From NCBI RefSeq assembly GCF_009914755.1, contig NC_060944.1: a stretch of DNA of 64,000 nt. One strand, given 5' to 3'. The translations under genes were made by a program, and so were the position numbers. This DNA comes from the human T2T-CHM13v2.0 reference genome, Homo sapiens. Below are positions 24,174 to 37,371 of the stretch, piece after piece (positions within the stretch are counted from its first letter, which is position 1; every line of letters begins with the position of its first letter). A model generated the notes under the pieces. It had not been told where the DNA came from. It saw only the letters and a list, made by a program, of their open reading frames with translations, and made no database searches.

Positions 24174-26529
24174 GGTTAGGGCCTAATGCATGTCCTAACA
24201 GGAGTGAACACTTTTCAACAAAGGATGTAAGCAACACTCTCTTCTCCCATGTATCTGTTCTGTGTTTGTGCCTTTCTTGGCAGGAGGAGGTGGGCTGCAC
24301 CATCCTGGGGGCACAGATGGGAAGTTGAGGCCCTTAACTTCAGGATGTTCTCCCATTCCCTCTGACGGAGCTGGAGAGAAGGCTCCGGTCCCCACAATGG
24401 TCATACTCCATGCCCGCCGTCCCTGTTGGGTGAGGCCAAGAGTGAATCACCTGATGCTCTCTGTAGCATTCTTGTTCATCTGAAACCAGGTTAGAACTCC
24501 CATCAGGGGCAATAAAGAAGGGGGATAGAAGTCACAAAAATGCACCATGCTGTCTAAATTAGGATTTAGGAAAAGTCTGAATCCATAAGGCAGAAAAGGG
24601 TTGATACTTTGCCATGGTGGATTGTTGTTGTTGCTGTTGTTGCTTATTTTGAAATGCCCATAGTAGGCCTAAAAATATACACATGGGCTGTTACATAGAC
24701 AATGTGAATGGATTTGAAAATCACTGGCCAGTGACCTCTTTGTGAGTTAGGTTTAAAAGCACCACCTTTCTAGGCCCAAAGTTCCTCCAGGGTGGTGGCT
24801 CTGAGTTGAGTGGGGAGGTATTGAGCTGGATGCCTGGACTCTGTTCCTGCAGAGCCTAATCAGTATGTCTGCGGTGAGTCTTGGCATCTGGATGCCTTTT
24901 TCATGCTCCTTAGGTTATTCTGACATGCAACCAGACTTGGGAATCATCACCAGGTTAGGGTGTGTTGGTCTTGTTTGTAGGTCATTCACAGCAAGAGCCC
25001 CTGTGGCCAGTTCTGACATCTTGAAAGCTGTGGGACAACCAGCTGTGGTGCCCCTGAAACTCCTGGGGCTAGGAGACACAGCAACCCTTGTACTAGCAAT
25101 GCAGGGAAAAGGGCAGTGTTCTCTGATAGGAACTTCCAGAGATGGGGACAGAAGAGCTGGTTAAAGGGCAGATTGGATTAAATAGCTGCCAGGGACCTAG
25201 CCTGCAGTTCTTTCATGCCAATTTGAAATGTCCCAAGTTTTCAAGTTTCTCAGGGGATTAATCAAGGCAACCCACTCTCCTTTATTCTAGAAAGCCGTGT
25301 ATCATGGACATGAGTACACTAGTCCTATTTTATTCTGAAGAAAGTAGAAATGTAGACTGAAGAAGGCTTTGCTCCCAGGGTATTGGGAATTGGGAAGGGA
25401 GAATTGGAAAGGGAGAGTGAAAGGAAGGAGAAAGCTGTGATGAGAAGAAAGAGGGATGTGGAAGAATGAAAAGGAGAGAGAAATGGAAAAGACAGAAAGG
25501 GAAGTGGCATAAGGACTGGAAAAGTGAGAGGCAAAGGGCACCTGTGGCTTGCTCAAGACTTCATATCCAGGTGGGATAGTTTCCTCCAACCCGTGGGGTA
25601 GACACAGCTCCAACGGTGCCACTGATGAGCTGGACTGTTGTGGAAACTGCCTTGAACCTTGCCTGCCACATACAATACCTAGACGTCAGGAGGCAAAATG
25701 GGAGGAGAGGTGTGGGGCACCCTGCGTGTCAGGGAAAGGGCTGAAGTAAAACCATGGTAAAGCCAGAGTCAGACTCACTGCTGGTGCCTTGATGAACGCA
25801 GGGGATGGCAACTCTATGTAGACAAAGTGCATCCACAGCTAACCTCTCATCTTTTGGATTCAGTGGTTTGCATCTCCTTTTGGGAATCTGCCTGTCTCTT
25901 GGCATTTGGTTGATTTCAGGTTAAAATATGTTTTGCTTGGGATTAGCCTTAGTGTCCAGATTCATCTTTTTCAGCACTGCCTTGCTTCTGACCTTGACTC
26001 TTTTCACGTTCCCCCTACCCAGCTGTGGCATCCCTCTGGTCTACCTGGATCACCAAGGGCTCTGGTTCATCACTGTTCTGCGTTCGTTCTTTTATTCATT
26101 CATTCATTGAATACCTATATATTAAGTATCTGCACAACCCTGTTGAGCCAGACACTGTGGTACTACTGAGGATGCATTGCTGCTCTTTTGGGGCTTATGC
26201 TCTGATACATCAGTTCTTAACCCTATCTGCACATTACAGTCCCTTCAAAGTCCCCCTGCCCAGGCCTTGTCTCTGACTTATTGCATCAAGATCTCTAAGC
26301 TGGGGATCCAGCAGATTCTGAGGCTCCTCTAGGCTTTATTTTTTCTTTATTTTTAAATTTTTTAAAAACTAGTTTTCTCAGGTTAAATCCTCCAGGCTCT
26401 AGACCACTGAGAAAGAATACTCTCTAAGCACTGGTATTATTTGGGTTCTAGAACTGCACCCTAGCCCCTCGATGAGGGGCATGAAAAGCATCTGACTTTC
26501 CGTCTTTGCTATGGGTAGCATTTCCTCCC

Positions 26530-26796
26530 TGGCTCTCTTGCTGCTGGACAGCTCCTTCCTCCATAGCCCTAGACCCACTGCTCATGCCAGCCGTGGCTTT
26601 AACTTCTGCACCACCAGTAACACCATTTCCTCTTTGTCCTTCCAGCCCTGCAGGTGGAGTGGCCTCCAGCTGTCACTAATCTTTATGTGGCTTCTCCGCG
26701 GTTCCATCACCTGTGTAACCAATCCTCTTTCATGATTCCCTCTGTTTGAAATGTCTGGGGTGAATTCTGTTTTCCTGACGTGATCCTAACTGATAT
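26530..26796 (+). mobile_element. ERVL LTR (LTR33/41/67-like) 3' part
   Basis: cacctgtgtaaccaatc...ttccctctgtttgaaat...ttctgttttcctgacgtgatcctaactgatata. Confidence 0.65.
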
Positions 26797-28326
26797 AACA
26801 TGAAACATAATGAAAGGCCTCTGTAAAGCGGCACTTCCCCATCTCTTGTGAGATGGTGCCTATGGTGTACAGGGAGGCAGAGACCAAGGTTGCTGGGAAA
26901 AGGATGTTCACTTCCTGCATCTGAAGCATCTGGAACAGAAATTTTCATAGATGGGCCATGGCCTGCCTGCATCCAACTCACCTGGGAAGCAATTCCTGGC
27001 TGTCACCACAAAACGGCTGAATCAAATTCTCTGGCTGGGGTCAGAAACTGTCAATTTAAAGAAGTTCCTCCTGAGTTGATATGTCTCCTAATACATGCAG
27101 CCAGGCTTCCATAGAAAGCTGCCAGTAACAGGACACATAGTTCTTGCCAGGCACACTTCTTACAGGTTCAGTTTCAGTTCCGCCTCTAACTTGTGATCTC
27201 TTGCAGAAGGGGAATGTCCTTCCCTATACAGGGCAGTCATTTGGGGGATGACTGATCTATGGTTGGAAAAGCACAAACTTACATGCAGCTCTCTCAAAAA
27301 TCACAGTAGTTTTGGAATCAGGGGAGTGGCTTGTGTATAAAGCAGTGTGACCTGCCAGAGAGCAAAGGGCATGAGTCTTTGACCCTTTCAGGCCTGCATT
27401 CAGATCTAAGCTCAGAAAACCCTGGCTGGATCCTTAACCTCTAGAAATCCTCAGTTCGTTGACAGCAGCACCTCCTTGTACAGTGGGGGTGAAGCATAAA
27501 TGAAATAACAGCTCTTACAACCCAAGCACCTCTTAGGCATTCACCAGTGATTGGTTCCCCTCCCCTCTTTCTCCCTTCCTCCCCCAAGTTGAAAGATGAG
27601 TCCAGCAAAGGAGACTGAACGTCAAGAACTATTTGGGTTTCCACTCGGCTTGGTCATTCCTTCCTCTTTCCTGTCACGGTAAACCATGGATCCTGTTGCT
27701 TGCTTTGGGTATTTCCTTTCTGTAAGCTCCAGTGACACATAATATTTATCATTATTTTTTCTCCTTATGTATTTACTGCTTTTTAAGCTAATCTCTTTTG
27801 AGGGTGGGGACAGCATTACCTCATAGTTTCTAAGCATCTTTCTGGGCACGTTATAGGTGTTCAATAAATATAATTTATTTCAATTATTCTTCCAGTGATA
27901 ACTACAACCTCTCAAACAGGATTGAATATGCAAGGTATATGCCCCTAGAAATGGAATAAGTTCTCTCAGATCCTATGCTTGCAAATGGAATAGCTGTCGT
28001 TAGATGACGGTGTGGTACTGCGGAATGCCATTGAACTTGTTTGGCTCCTCATCAGGCATAGGGACTGATACAATACTATCCACTTGACCTGCTACAGAGG
28101 AAAAAGACCCTTTACCAAAACTACCTTGTAAAGCATTTAGCTAATCATCGATTAACTGCATATTCTCTGATTTCTCTGGCCAGTCTTTTTCCCGCCCACT
28201 GCTTGTTGTTTTAAATGACATCATTGCACCCCTTTCTTCGTTTACATTCTACTCGCATATTCAAATAGCTCTTCCTAGTCCATGACTCTTACTTTCTTAT
28301 TAGAATGCTCACCTGAGCGCACTTAC

Positions 28327-28392
28327 CTTTTAGGGTTGGAGGCTTTCCCCTCTCCTTTTAGTTTCATGAATCATTTACTAAGATTCTGCTTG
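28327..28392 (-). other. Candidate 66-nt non-coding exon
   Basis: catttattccacag| acceptor and AAG|GTAAGT donor; stop codons in all three frames. Confidence 0.3.
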
Positions 28393-29094
28393 CTGTGGAA
28401 TAAATGCTTAATTAATCAATACAGTAGCAGTCTTTCATTTTTTTTCCCCAAGAAAACTGCAGAATTTTCTGGTCGGAAAGCTACAGCCATTCTCCACTGG
28501 GAGGCTGTTTACCTTTCTTAACATTGGAACTGAGCAAAATGGAGCTAGAGAGAGAATTTTAACATGAGTGTGACATTGGTTTCCTCACTGTTCTCTCAGG
28601 ACAGCTTTGTGTGGGTTCATGAGACACAACTCTAATTATTTTCTAGAGCATGATATAAGATTAGGATTACCAGGAAAACCTCTCTGCCCTTCCAAGTACA
28701 GCTTTCCAAGTTTTGGGGGTGAGAAGGTGTGTGTAACATAAGTGTGTGTGAGGGGAGGGTAAAATGTAAGAGCAGAAGTCTATGTTTGCCCACAGGGGCA
28801 TCTGGGGTCTTTTTCTCACCCAGCCATCCTTAGAGTTCTGAAGTCTGAGCCCGTCTACACTTGCTTCTTCCTTGGGACATTATCTCCAAGCAGAGAAACA
28901 GAATCTGCTCGCCATGTGTGAAAGCACAAACATCTTTTGAGTGGTGCCAAGCAGAAAGGCCTGGCTCTGAAATTCTTCCTGCTGAAAGGAGGGAGGGCCA
29001 GTGAAAACTATTAATGGGGATAACAATATCTGATGCCATTTGGTGACTGGCCTAGGGGTTTTATATGCATTATACCCAAGCCTCCCTTACCGTC

Positions 29095-29630
29095 CTATCC
29101 TGCTTACCTATTGCTGTGTAACAAACCTTGCCAAGACTTAGTGGCTAAAAACGATTATTGCCTTATATCTCATGATTTGTGGGTCAGAAATTCAGACCAA
29201 GCTCAGCTGGTGATTCTTTTACATCACACCTGTCACTCTGTGTCATTTGGTCCCACTCAGCTGGTGGATGGACTCCTGTGGATGACCCACATGGCTTTGT
29301 CTCATGCTTGGTCCCTTGGCAGGGATGGCTGGAAGGCTGGGCACAGCTGGACAGTCACCCAGAGAACCTACACACGGCCTCTTCAACAGGTGGCCTCGGG
29401 GAAGTCAGACTTTTTCCTCGGGGGCTCTGGACTCCCAGAAAGAATGTTCCAAGAGCTGCAGAAGAAAACTGCGAGTCCTCTGGCATTGTCGTGAAATTCT
29501 CACAACATCTCTCTGGCATATTCTCTTGGTCAAGCAAGTCACAAAAGGAAGCCTTGATACCGGGATGGGAATTAGGTCCCACCTCCCAACAGAAGGAGTA
29601 AAATGAGAAGGAAATAATATGTGGCCACCA
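29095..29630 (-). mobile_element. MLT1 (G/H-like) LTR
   Basis: ctattgctgtgtaacaaacc...acttagtggctaaaaac...catattctcttggtcaagcaagtcacaaa. Confidence 0.85.
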
Positions 29631-29634
29631 TCCT

Positions 29635-29820
29635 CTACCTCATCTGCTTTACATTCTCTTTCCTGTACCATGTATCACCCAACTTACTGTAAATTTACTT
29701 ATTTATTAGGGTTACTGCTTATTGTTAATCTGTCCATACTTGAATATAAGCTACATGAGGGCAAGGATCAGTGTCCATATTATTCACTAATGTATCTTAA
29801 ACACCTAGAAATAGCGTCTG
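29635..29820 (+). mobile_element. L2 3' fragment
   Basis: gaatataagctacatgagggcaagga...tattcactaatgtatc...cacctagaaatagcgtctgg. Confidence 0.8.
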
Positions 29821-30240
29821 GCAGTGTGGCGATTCCTCAAAGATCTAGAAGCAGAAATACCATTTGTCCCAGCAATCCCGTTACTGGGTATATACCCAAA
29901 GGAATATAAATCATTCTATTATAAAGATACATGCAAGTGTATGGTCACTGCAGCACTATTCACAATAGCAAAGACGTGGAGTCAACCAAAATGCACTTAA
30001 TGACAGACTGGATAAAGAAAATGTGGTACACATATACGATGGAACACTATGCAGCCATAAAAAGGAATGAGATCATGTCCTTTGCAGGTACATAGGTGGA
30101 GCTGGAAGCCATTACCCTCAGCAAACTAATTCAGGAACAGAAAACCAAGCATCTCATGTTCTCACTTATAAGTGAGAGCTGAATGAGGAGAACACATGGA
30201 CATATGGGGAAACAGCACACATTGGGACCTGTCGTGGGGG
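29821..30240 (+). mobile_element. Older L1PA internal fragment (ORF2 end and part of 3' UTR), no tail
   Basis: cagtgtggcgattcctcaaagatctagaagcagaaatacc...gagaacacatggaca...ggacctgtcgtggggg then abrupt switch to MIR. Confidence 0.92.
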
Positions 30241-30244
30241 TCCC

Positions 30245-30341
30245 ACGATAAGAAACTGAGGCACAGAGAGGTTAAATCACTTGTTCAAAGTCACATAGCT
30301 AGTGAGTGGCAGAGCCAGAATGTGAGCTCAGGTCTCTCTGA
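30245..30341 (-). mobile_element. MIR core
   Basis: agaaactgaggcacagagaggttaaatcacttgttcaaagtcacatagctagtgagtggcagagcc. Confidence 0.9.
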
Positions 30342-31454
30342 TGTGTTTTTGTAGGTCAGAACCTAATGGTAAATTCGGCAGAGGAGAGAACAAGCAAAAA
30401 ATGGTAACTGTGGCCTCTTCTTGGCCCTGGATCCATGGTTCTCCCTTGAAATGACTTATCTCACACACTGGCTTTGCCTTTTTTTTTTTTTTTTTCCCAG
30501 AAAGACATGTGGGGAGAAAGCAAATGTGGGACTGCTGGATTGCTGTGGAAGATCGAGTGGGGGTGAGCTTGTTGCTTCTCTCTCAGTGCTGCTGGCACCA
30601 ATAGACAATATAGGACTCTTGGAAGTAAAAAAGTTCTTCGTTTGATTGTGAAATCAAGCCAGGCCAAATGGGGATCAGCAGCAAATCAGCTTTCTGCATT
30701 CCTGTTGAGTAATTCTATGTGCTGGCCTCCTGGCTATATTTAGAAGCAATTCATGGTCTCTATCTTTGCTAAGGAGATGGTACAACCCAGGGGACGATGT
30801 CTCTGAAGCCACCCCATGCAGGCAGAGCTTGACGTCTGCAGTCATACCTTTCCTGTCGCCCCGCCCCCTCTTCTCCCATTGCAAATGTCAAGCTTCCCAG
30901 CATCTCCGAGGAGAAGTTAACCTCCCTGGACACTTATTTTGTTGCCTCTAGAGTTACTTCAGTGAAATGACCTCATATTACCTTGAGATCTTTTCCCTCT
31001 AAATATGAGTATTTGGGTGCACGTGATTTCCTTCAGGAGGGAGGGTCAGCATCCTGGCAGTTGGAGAAGTTCTCTGCAGTTTGTCATCTGTTCTCCTTCT
31101 CTCTAGCTCTGGGAGACCCCTCCCTCACTGGATTCTTTACTACAATGCTGCAGCCTTCTGTGTGGTCTGACTTTGAAGTGCTGTTGCCAGTTGGTGATAC
31201 TGGAACCTTGGGGGAACAGGCTTGGCAAAACAGAGCTGGGTGATTCCAGGTGGATGATGGAAACCATGGCCTAGTGGGGTTGTGTCGTAGCTGGGTTAGC
31301 AAAGACAATTCGTGGAAGGTAGCAGAAAGATATTTTAAGATGGAGGGTGGGATCCAGAAAACCAATGATTGGAGGCACAATTAGGTTAGGAACTAGAAGC
31401 AGCTAACCATAGGATCAGGGATTAGAACAGATCTGAGGTCCCAGGACAAGGCTA

Positions 31455-31870
31455 GTTCATTCATGGACTCATTCTCCCAGCAATATTTACTGAGTGTGTA
31501 ACATGTGTCCCACATTGTGCTAGCTCTGAGAATACAGGGATGAGCCAAACAGTCATGCTCTTCCCCTCGTGGTAAAATCTAGCAGCAGAGGCTGCGGGGA
31601 AACAGGCTGACGGATACATGTACAATTGCACATGCGATGTGCATGAGAGAGAGATGGAAGGGGCATCTCAGGGGAGGCCTTCTGTCCTGGGGAGAACTAA
31701 GAGGGGTGGGAGAACAGTGTTCTTACAAAGGAAAAGGCACTTGAGGTGGCTGTGATGGTGATAAGAGTTTGGCATGTTTAAGAAATTGAGCCAAGGCTTC
31801 AGGGAGAGGCAGATATTATAGGCAAGAGTGGGGGCTCCTGGCAGAGTGGCACCTTAGTCAGGTTTTAAGG
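31455..31870 (-). mobile_element. L2 fragment
   Basis: caatatttactgagtg...cattgtgctagctctgagaatacagggatgag. Confidence 0.7.
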
Positions 31871-31964
31871 GGCCAGTAGTTCATAACCCAATAACTTCTT
31901 AAATATGTCGTGCAGTTTCTGACTATCTATGGAGAAAACACTTCTGTGCTCACCCTTCCATACT

Positions 31965-32171
31965 TCTGGAAGCCTCTTCCAGGAAGTCCCTCTGGATTTC
32001 CCTGCTAAAATGAGCCACTACAGAATTCTTCACTGAATGCTGCACACTCATAGCACCAGTAACCCATTCTATCCTTAAAGAAAGGGCTGAGTGTTTCTTC
32101 ATCTTTGCATCCCCAAAGCACAGAATAGGGCCAGGCACATCATATATGTGCAGTAAATAATTATGAATGAA
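31965..32171 (+). mobile_element. L2 3' end
   Basis: ctcttccaggaagtccctc...ttcatctttgcatcccca...caggcacat...taaataattatgaatgaa. Confidence 0.7.
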
Positions 32172-32184
32172 GGGTGTTTCAAGG

Positions 32185-33090
32185 ATTATGGCTGCATTAT
32201 AAAGCTTAGCAGCCTAAGACAACCATTTTATCATGCTCACAGATCCCGGAGCTCAGGAATTCAGACAGTGTCTAGCAAGAGTGTTATGTGTCTGCTTTGT
32301 GATATTCAGGGCCTTGGCTGAAAAGAAGAATCCATGTCTAGGTAAGGCTCGGTGGCTGGGAACTGGAATTATCTGGAGGGTCTTCCCTCACCCATGTGGC
32401 TGTTGATGCTGGCTGTGGGCTGGGACCTTAGCTAGGGCTGTGTGTTAGTCCATTTTCATGCTGCTGATAAAGACATACCCAAGACTGGGTAATTCATAAG
32501 GAAAAAGCGGTTTAATGGACTCACAGTTCCACGTGGCTGGGGAGGCATCACAATCATGGTGGAAGGTCAAAGGCACATCTTGCACAGTGGCAGACAAGAC
32601 AGAATGCGAGCCAAGTGAAAGGGGAAGCCCCTTACAAAATCATCAGATCTCATGAGACTTATTCACTATCAGAAGAACAGTATGAGGGCAATCTCCCCTA
32701 AGATTCAATTATCTCCCACCAGATCCCTCCCACAACATGTGAGAATTATGGGAGCTACAATTCAAGATGAGATTTGGGTGGGGCACAGCCAAGCCATAAC
32801 AGGCTGTCAACTAGAACATCTACACATGGCCTCCCCATGAGGTCTGTGCTTCCTCACAATATGAAGGTCTTGGGGTAGTTGGGCTCCTTAGGCAACAGCT
32901 CAGGGCCTCAAAGTCAAGGGCCCCTACAGCACCTGATAATGGAAGCTGCATGGGCTTTTTGGACCCTATCTTAGATGTCAGCTGATGTCACCAGTACCAT
33001 GTTCTCCTGGCTATAAGTGAGTCACAAGCCCACCCAGATGTAGACTCCACCTCTTCATGGAGGGGTGGGGTTTCCACTGTGCTAGCATCC
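32185..33090 (-). mobile_element. MLT1 LTR interrupted by THE1B
   Basis: gcttagcagcctaagacaaccattttatcatgctcacagat...; after insert ctacacatggcctcccca...tagactccacctcttcatgg. Confidence 0.8.
32441..32801 (-). mobile_element. THE1B solo LTR (361 bp)
   Basis: tgtgttagtccattttcatgctgctgataaagacatacc...gagatttgggtggggcacagccaagccataaca; perfect 5-bp TSD ggctg. Confidence 0.93.
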
Positions 33091-33800
33091 CTGGCAGGTA
33101 AATTGGAGTACATTAATTCAGGTGTATCTAAACTGTGTTCTGTGGAGTGCTGTTAGGACCCTTCCTGGAGGAGCATGCGAGGCTCATCAGGCCAGGAGGA
33201 GGAAAGGAAGCCCAGGTGTCCCCACGAAGGACTTGCAGGCCCTAGAGGACAGGGTGCTTTTCAGGCTCTGTCTGCCTTCAAGCAAGGGAAGAGGCCTGGT
33301 GTGGGGTCCAGCAGAGGAACAGAAAGCCTTTCAGAGTGACGAGATTGCACAATGGGGACGGGGAAGGACAGTGCTGAGACATCAGCTGCATATCCTGCTG
33401 CGACCTCAGGGGTGGGGGCTGGAGGCAGATGCCTGTGTGCCTGCTACATGGCTCCGCTGGGGAGGGGCAGGTGAGGGCTCTGTGCTCAGTCCTGGCAGCC
33501 ACTCACATCATAGCCTTGGACAAACGCAGTGACCTCGTTGTGTCTGAGTCCATCAGAGAGAGGCAGCATTGAGAAGATGAGCTGGGAAGGGCTGGGACTG
33601 CTAATCCTGGCTTCCCGGGCTCCATATCGGCCCCAACACTCAGTCAGAGCTCCAGGGGTGGAGGTTGGTCTGAGTGCAGAGACAAGCCTTTCCTGGGATG
33701 AGGCTGCATTTATGGATTTATGGGGCTGGACCTGCAATTGAGCTCAGAGCCTGGAGCTTGGCTGCATTTCTTTGCTGTCATCATGGTTCCTGCCAGCCCA

Positions 33801-34011
33801 CTTTTTAAAAATTAGAACAAAATTCACGTAACAAAATTCACCGTTAACCATCACTGTCATCTAATCCTAGAACATTTTCCTCACTCCATAAAGGAATGCT
33901 GTCCTCATTAACACTCACTCCCCACACCTCCTGGCCCTCAGCCCTGGCCACCTGCTGGCTCTTTGGGCCTGCCTATTCTGAGCATTTCCTGTAAGTGGAA
34001 TCGCACATGTG
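33801..34011 (-). mobile_element. L1MB-like 3' end fragment
   Basis: aaaattcacgtaacaaaattcacc...tagaacattttcctcactcca...gcctattctgagcatttcctgtaagtggaatc. Confidence 0.8.
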
Positions 34012-34104
34012 TCAGCCACATTTTTGCTCCTGATGTGGGTGTGACAACCATCTCAGGGCAGGGGTAATCTGGCCTCACGTCCCCTTGCTGTATCCGTGTC
34101 CCTC

Positions 34105-34425
34105 TGAGAGATGGGACAGTCCTTGACCAATGGGGGACAGAGCTGGGGAGGATGGCACTCCCCTCCTCTCCATCTCAGGTGGCCAATTCACAGGCGCAAT
34201 GTGCACAGGTTCTCCAAGGAGCCCATCGGGAAGGAGCTCTGCTGGCTCGCGGCGTGACCAGTTCAATAAAGCCTCTTTAGGTTGACTTTGTTCCCTCTCA
34301 TCCCTGCCAATCCTGTTCCATGAGATCACCAGCACTGCCTCCCCAAACCACAGCATGAAAAGTAGCAAAAATTACTTCTTGTACGCAAGTCCTATCTCAG
34401 ATTCTGCTTTTTATTGGGGATGGGG
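34105..34425 (+). mobile_element. ERVL LTR16-family fragment
   Basis: ggacagtccttgaccaatggggga...caataaagcctc...gcaagtcctatctcagattctgcttt. Confidence 0.65.
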
Positions 34426-34524
34426 CAAATTACACCAGTGTCCAAGAGAGGAAAACACCCAGAAAAGGACTTTGCAGCCTTTGTAAGTGGCTGTTCAGGT
34501 CCCTATTGATGTGGAAGGGGCCGG

Positions 34525-34730
34525 CAGTCAGAGTCTGATTTGCACCCAGCTGTGTCTCTCAGGTGATTTTCCCCAGCACTTAGCTCCTCTATGCCTCAGT
34601 TTACCTGTCTGTAAAACGGGGATAATGACCTGTTCTACCCTACAAGGATGCTGGGAAGGTTAAATGAGATCTTGTATGACAAGTGCTGTGCACGGGTCCT
34701 GGGAGGCAGCAAATGCTATCGTGATTACTG
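34525..34730 (+). mobile_element. MIR
   Basis: ctctatgcctcagtttacctgtctgtaaaacggggataatga...gttaaatgagat. Confidence 0.85.
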
Positions 34731-34809
34731 GGCCCCTTTAGCTCAAAAATTCTGAGTGCAAGGGATCTCCAGCCTAGTCTTACTTCAGCACTCCCAGGAC
34801 CCAACACTC

Positions 34810-35021
34810 CAGACCTGTACCGTCCAGTCAGGAGCTACTGGCCATGTGTGGCCCTTTAAATGTTGATTGCTTGAAATTAAATAAAGTAACAAATTCAGTT
34901 CCTGGGTAGCAGTGGCACATTTCAAGCGCTCAATGGGCCCATAAGGTTGGCGGCTCCCTCACTGCACGACACAGGTGTCGAGCATTTCCATCATCAAAGC
35001 AAGTTCTTTCAAACAATGCTG
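34810..35021. mobile_element. MER3 (hAT-Charlie)
   Basis: gctactggccatgtgtggc...aaattcagttcct...cacatttcaagcgctcaat...catttccatcatc...aagttct. Confidence 0.8.
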
Positions 35022-35899
35022 CTCCCACTGCTTGGAGCTGTTCATTCTTCAAGAAATATATATTTTCTTTTCATTCCTCCATGACCTTGTTCATGGTCTT
35101 CCTTTCACCTGAGTGGCCCGTCCACTCCCAAAATCTCACCAGCCATCTGGAAAGGGTGGCGCCCCCTGGGCCCTGACCAGCATGGGCCCTGCCCCTCCTG
35201 TCCCACAGCCCTGCCCCATCGGGTGGCTGGCTGCAGCCTCTGTTCCACACCGTGCGACTAGCAGCAGGAACATGACACTTCTTCCCACATCACACTGGCC
35301 AAAGCAAAGCATGGTGGTGGGGTGGTGGAGGAGGAGGAGTTCATTCTGTCTTTAGCGGGAGGGACTGCAAAGTTGCAAGAGTAAGGGCATGGGTTCACGG
35401 AGGGGTGAAACATTGGAGCCCATAACTGAATCCACCGCTGATGAGGAAGTTTAGGATTCTACTCTCAGCCCCCTTCCCCCTCCTCTCCTAGAGGCTCAGC
35501 TGTTGGTCCTCTGGCGTCCCGGAGGCTCCCCATCTGCACCTGAAGCTTCTCCCGCTTGGACAGCATCCTATGTTCATAATGGGCTCTTCCTCCCTGTCCC
35601 CAACACCATGCTGCCTGAGAATATCACCATTCCATCTCAGCTTCAAGGAAGGGGCTGCCTTAAAGTACGAGTCTCTGAGAATTAACTCTGTGAATCCATC
35701 CGAGATATTTGCAGGCTAAACCAGAACCCTGTTTACGCAGATCAGGGAGTCTTTAATGATGGTATTTTAGGCAGCATGATAGCTCTTTTGGGCCTCCATC
35801 TATCCTATCTGTGTATTGATAAACAGGAGCTGGGGCTAAGAATGATTCCTACGTGAGTCCTGCACGTGATGTGTGTGGCTGGAAGGAGCCCTGTTAGGG

Positions 35900-36065
35900 G
35901 TGTAGTGTAGGAACCAGGAGACTTGGGGTGGGGACCTGCTCCTCATAGGTCACCTTTAGACAATTTCTTCCCATCTCTGGGCCTCAGTTTTCTCGTGTGC
36001 TAAACAGGTGCAGAGTAGGTGGTTAGGTTGATAGTTCCCATGCTTCTGATGGCTTTGAGATGCTG
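35900..36065 (+). mobile_element. MIR/MIR3 fragment
   Basis: cttcccatctctgggcctcagttttctc. Confidence 0.65.
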
Positions 36066-37371
36066 TGGTCCCGAGTCCTCACTCTGTCCTTGAATGAGGC
36101 CAGCAGTTGATCTTGGTGGGATGTGTCCTTCTTTCTAGTCCTTGTCTCTTCAAACTTTTCCAACCTCTGACCCTTATTCTCTGCCAAAGAAACTGACTCC
36201 CAGACTCCCACAAAGGGGGAGTCTACTTTTTAGGGTCTGCTTTTTCCAGAAGATCTATTCGTAGAGAGCTCAATGTGGACTGGGCCATGCCTGGACATTA
36301 TAGCCCCACCTGTAATCCTGCTCACCTTTGCTGGGGTGGGAGAAGGTCTTTCTAGAACATCAATGCCATGTTGCAAACTCAAGTCAAAATAAATCAAATT
36401 CTAAGGGCAAATTCGGGATAACCCTAAAGCTACGGGGCTTTGATAATGAAGCAGGCCCTGATACTGGCTCCCAGGGCTTATCCCCACCTCTGCTACACCC
36501 ACATGAGCATCAGAACAATGTGGCCTTTAATTTTTTACAGACAAACCCTAGGGTTTTCTTCCCAAGGAATCACATCGACTAGCATTTATCCAGAATAATT
36601 TGCTGTTGGTTTAGAAGTTCATATGTGGGGACAAGAATGTTTCTGAAAAAGGCCCAGAAATGGCTGGAGAAAATAATCTGTTTGTTTGCTCCCCTGCAAC
36701 AATAGAAGCAAGTGTAATGATTCATGGCTCCTGAGGGAAGACAGCTCTGCTTCCTGCAGGATTCTCCCTGGGCAGCACCTCTCCAAAAGCATTTGCCAGG
36801 GTCAAGGTGTCTATAAAAGATTGGGAACTAGATGGAAGAAGTGTTGCAGAGGGAATTTGGGAGAAAAGGTCTTGGAGGTGCCGCAGGCTGCAGGTGCACT
36901 GGCCAGGAAGGTAGACACCAGGGGTGCGGTGATGGATTTCAGACACAGACCGCTGCGGGGGAGGGAGGGAAGAATGCCTGCCCTAATGGACCCACTAGAG
37001 CTAGGGCTCTCGCAAATCAGCCAGCCTGTCATCTGCTACTCACATCCCCCACTTGCATTTTATAGCCTGTGCCTAAAACATTTGTTCTGTGTCAGGTACT
37101 GTCTGGGAATCTAGGTATCTTAAATAAATATGACCCTTGAGGCCACTAAGGTCATTGTGAGAGTTAATTCTATATGATACAATGAATGTAATGGTTATAC
37201 TAACAGAGATTTTCCAACATGCTGATGCATGTTCTTTTTTCCTCACTGTTACCTTAAAAGATAAGCCTTATTCTAATTTTATAGAGAAGGAAACAGTTTT
37301 GGAGAAATTAAATAATTTGCTTTAGGTTATAGCTCAGTCAAGAGGGGTTCTGGCAGAATAATCTATGAGAC

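Noticed and set aside
30480-30570. Plus-strand 62-nt exon after a T-run acceptor, and the acceptor at 18740
   Set aside because: Acceptor strength comes from poly(T) tracts, donors are moderate or weak, and I found no consistent plus-strand chain
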